Positions 62,556-64,000 of a stretch of DNA of 64,000 bases are shown piece by piece; the stretch's first letter is position 1, and the number at the start of each line of letters is the position of its first letter. Position numbers and translations under genes: made by a program. The stretch spans positions 4,712,001-4,776,000 of the forward strand of contig CM069160.1 of the NCBI GenBank assembly GCA_035221665.1. The letters are read 5' to 3'. The notes under the pieces are model-generated. The model was not told the origin of the DNA. It saw nothing but the letters and a program-made list of their open reading frames with translations, and ran no database searches. The stretch is from Okamejei kenojei (lineage: Eukaryota).

Positions 62556-62789
62556 AGAGTGTGCACTTTGGAATATGGCACCTCTTGCTTACAAGGACCA
62601 GTAGACTGTTATGTGGACTTGCTCACCTGGGGTACGGCAATACTCTACTAGACTGTTTGTGATAAAAATATAATTTCAGTGTGTAGCATTTCACATCTGT
62701 GACAATAAAAGTGCCAATGACATTCCGACGGCTGCGTGCGTGTGCAATTTGTAAACAACAAAAACAGGAGCTAGACCAGGAGCAGAGGA

Positions 62790-63190
62790 GAGGGAACGGG
62801 GGTCTGGCCCACCGCACCCTCGAGGTCGGCTGTGGGAGGTTCCCACTTCTGCGGCGAGGAAGAGACCGTGTTCCATGTCTACGTGCAGTGTGAGAGGTTG
62901 CAGCCCCTGTTCGACCATCTGAAGGGGCTGCTCCTCAAGTGTTGGCTGCATTTTAGCCCCACACTCCTGATATTTGGGCACCCGGTACAGAGGAGGGAGG
63001 GTCGGGAGGGAGGGGGGGGGGATCTCCCTGTCCGTCTGCTCCTGGGCCTGGCTAAGATGGCCATTCGCGGGTCCAGGCAGCGGGTAGTCGATGGCCACAC
63101 CAGGAACGGCTGCCTGCCCCTCCCCCTGTCCGTGCCCGCGTGTCCCTGGAGAGGGAACACACACGCGGTGTCCACGGGGACTCTGTAAAC
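62790..63190 (+). mobile_element. Tx1/L1-clade ORF2 C-terminal fragment
   Basis: HFCGEEETVFHVYVQCERLQPLF..LKGLLL..WLHFSPTLLIFG...LLLGLAKMAI in ORF 62832..63188. Confidence 0.75.
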
Positions 63191-64000
63191 CATTAGTGGC
63201 AGGGTGGAGCTCAAACGCGGACCCCGCAGAGTGAAGCTCAAACGCGGACCCTACAGGGTGAACATCCAGCGCAGAACTGGGGGAGATACGCTGCCCCGTC
63301 GCTCTTGGTTCTCCCTACACGGTCCGCCATGTAGTTTACTGTACACGGTCCGGCCTATTAGGTTTGCACTGCGTTGCCAGCGCCCACAGCGCCGCGTCCC
63401 CGCCTCGCTTTATTTTAAAACGTGCACACTCTTAGTTCCGTTTCCACGCGATGGACCCTACACGGTCCGCTTACAGATTCAGAGACAGATACATGGTCCG
63501 CTTGAGTTTCACCCCGCACCTGAAGGACGGGAGGGTGTGGTGGGGGTGGGGGGGGGGGGGGATTAAGGAACTGCCAGGGCCGGATTAAGGAACTGCCAGG
63601 CCCTGAACACAGAAAATATTACTGTGCCCCCATATAGTGGAAACGACAACCTAGAAGGAAATACTATGATCAATGCAGGTAGACAAAATGCTGGAGAAAC
63701 TCAGCGGGTGACGTAGCATCTATGGAGCGAAGGAAGAAAGGTTTCAGCCCGAAACGTTGCCTATTTCCTTCGCTCCATAGATGGTGACTCACCCGCTGAG
63801 TTTGTCCAGCATTTTTGTCTACCTTCGATTTTTCAGCATCTGCAGTTCCTTCTTAAACAACTGATCTATGCAGACTTGGATGCTTTACGGGACCATTATC
63901 TCTCAATGGAGAATGCTTCTATTCAGGAGAATTGTGACACTATTGAAACCGAAATAAGGCAGATGATGGAGAGACATATACAAAAAAAAAAACAGCAGCC

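Overview
Vertebrate genomic DNA, most likely a skate or ray: the repeat content is elasmobranch-type (HE1-like tRNA SINEs, CR1 LINEs with (TTTCTATG)n tails, Penelope-derived palindromes). The window looks like part of an MHC or MHC-related region. From left to right it holds: (1) the main coding exon of a GPR139/142-like GPCR, plus the 3' remnant of a second paralogue broken by a DIRS insertion; (2) one truncated and one full-length but degenerate DIRS tyrosine-recombinase retrotransposon with intact ITR/ICR ends; (3) a minus-strand, multi-exon MHC class I-like gene (alpha1 40411-40673, alpha2 32489-32764, alpha3 27277-27543, TM 24127-24234, cytoplasmic exon 22140-22180). Its groove looks nonclassical and hydrophobic, and its predicted tail (RKKRRDYQNI) carries a CD1b-like YxxPhi motif; (4) a 500-N scaffold gap; (5) the last four exons (ABC nucleotide-binding domain) of TAP2 on the plus strand, missed by the ORF track because of many 1-bp indels; (6) two 27-nt exons and a broken B30.2 exon of a butyrophilin/TRIM-like pseudogene. 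Most of the remaining sequence is transposon-derived or simple repeat. All calls come from manual reading; no database searches were run.
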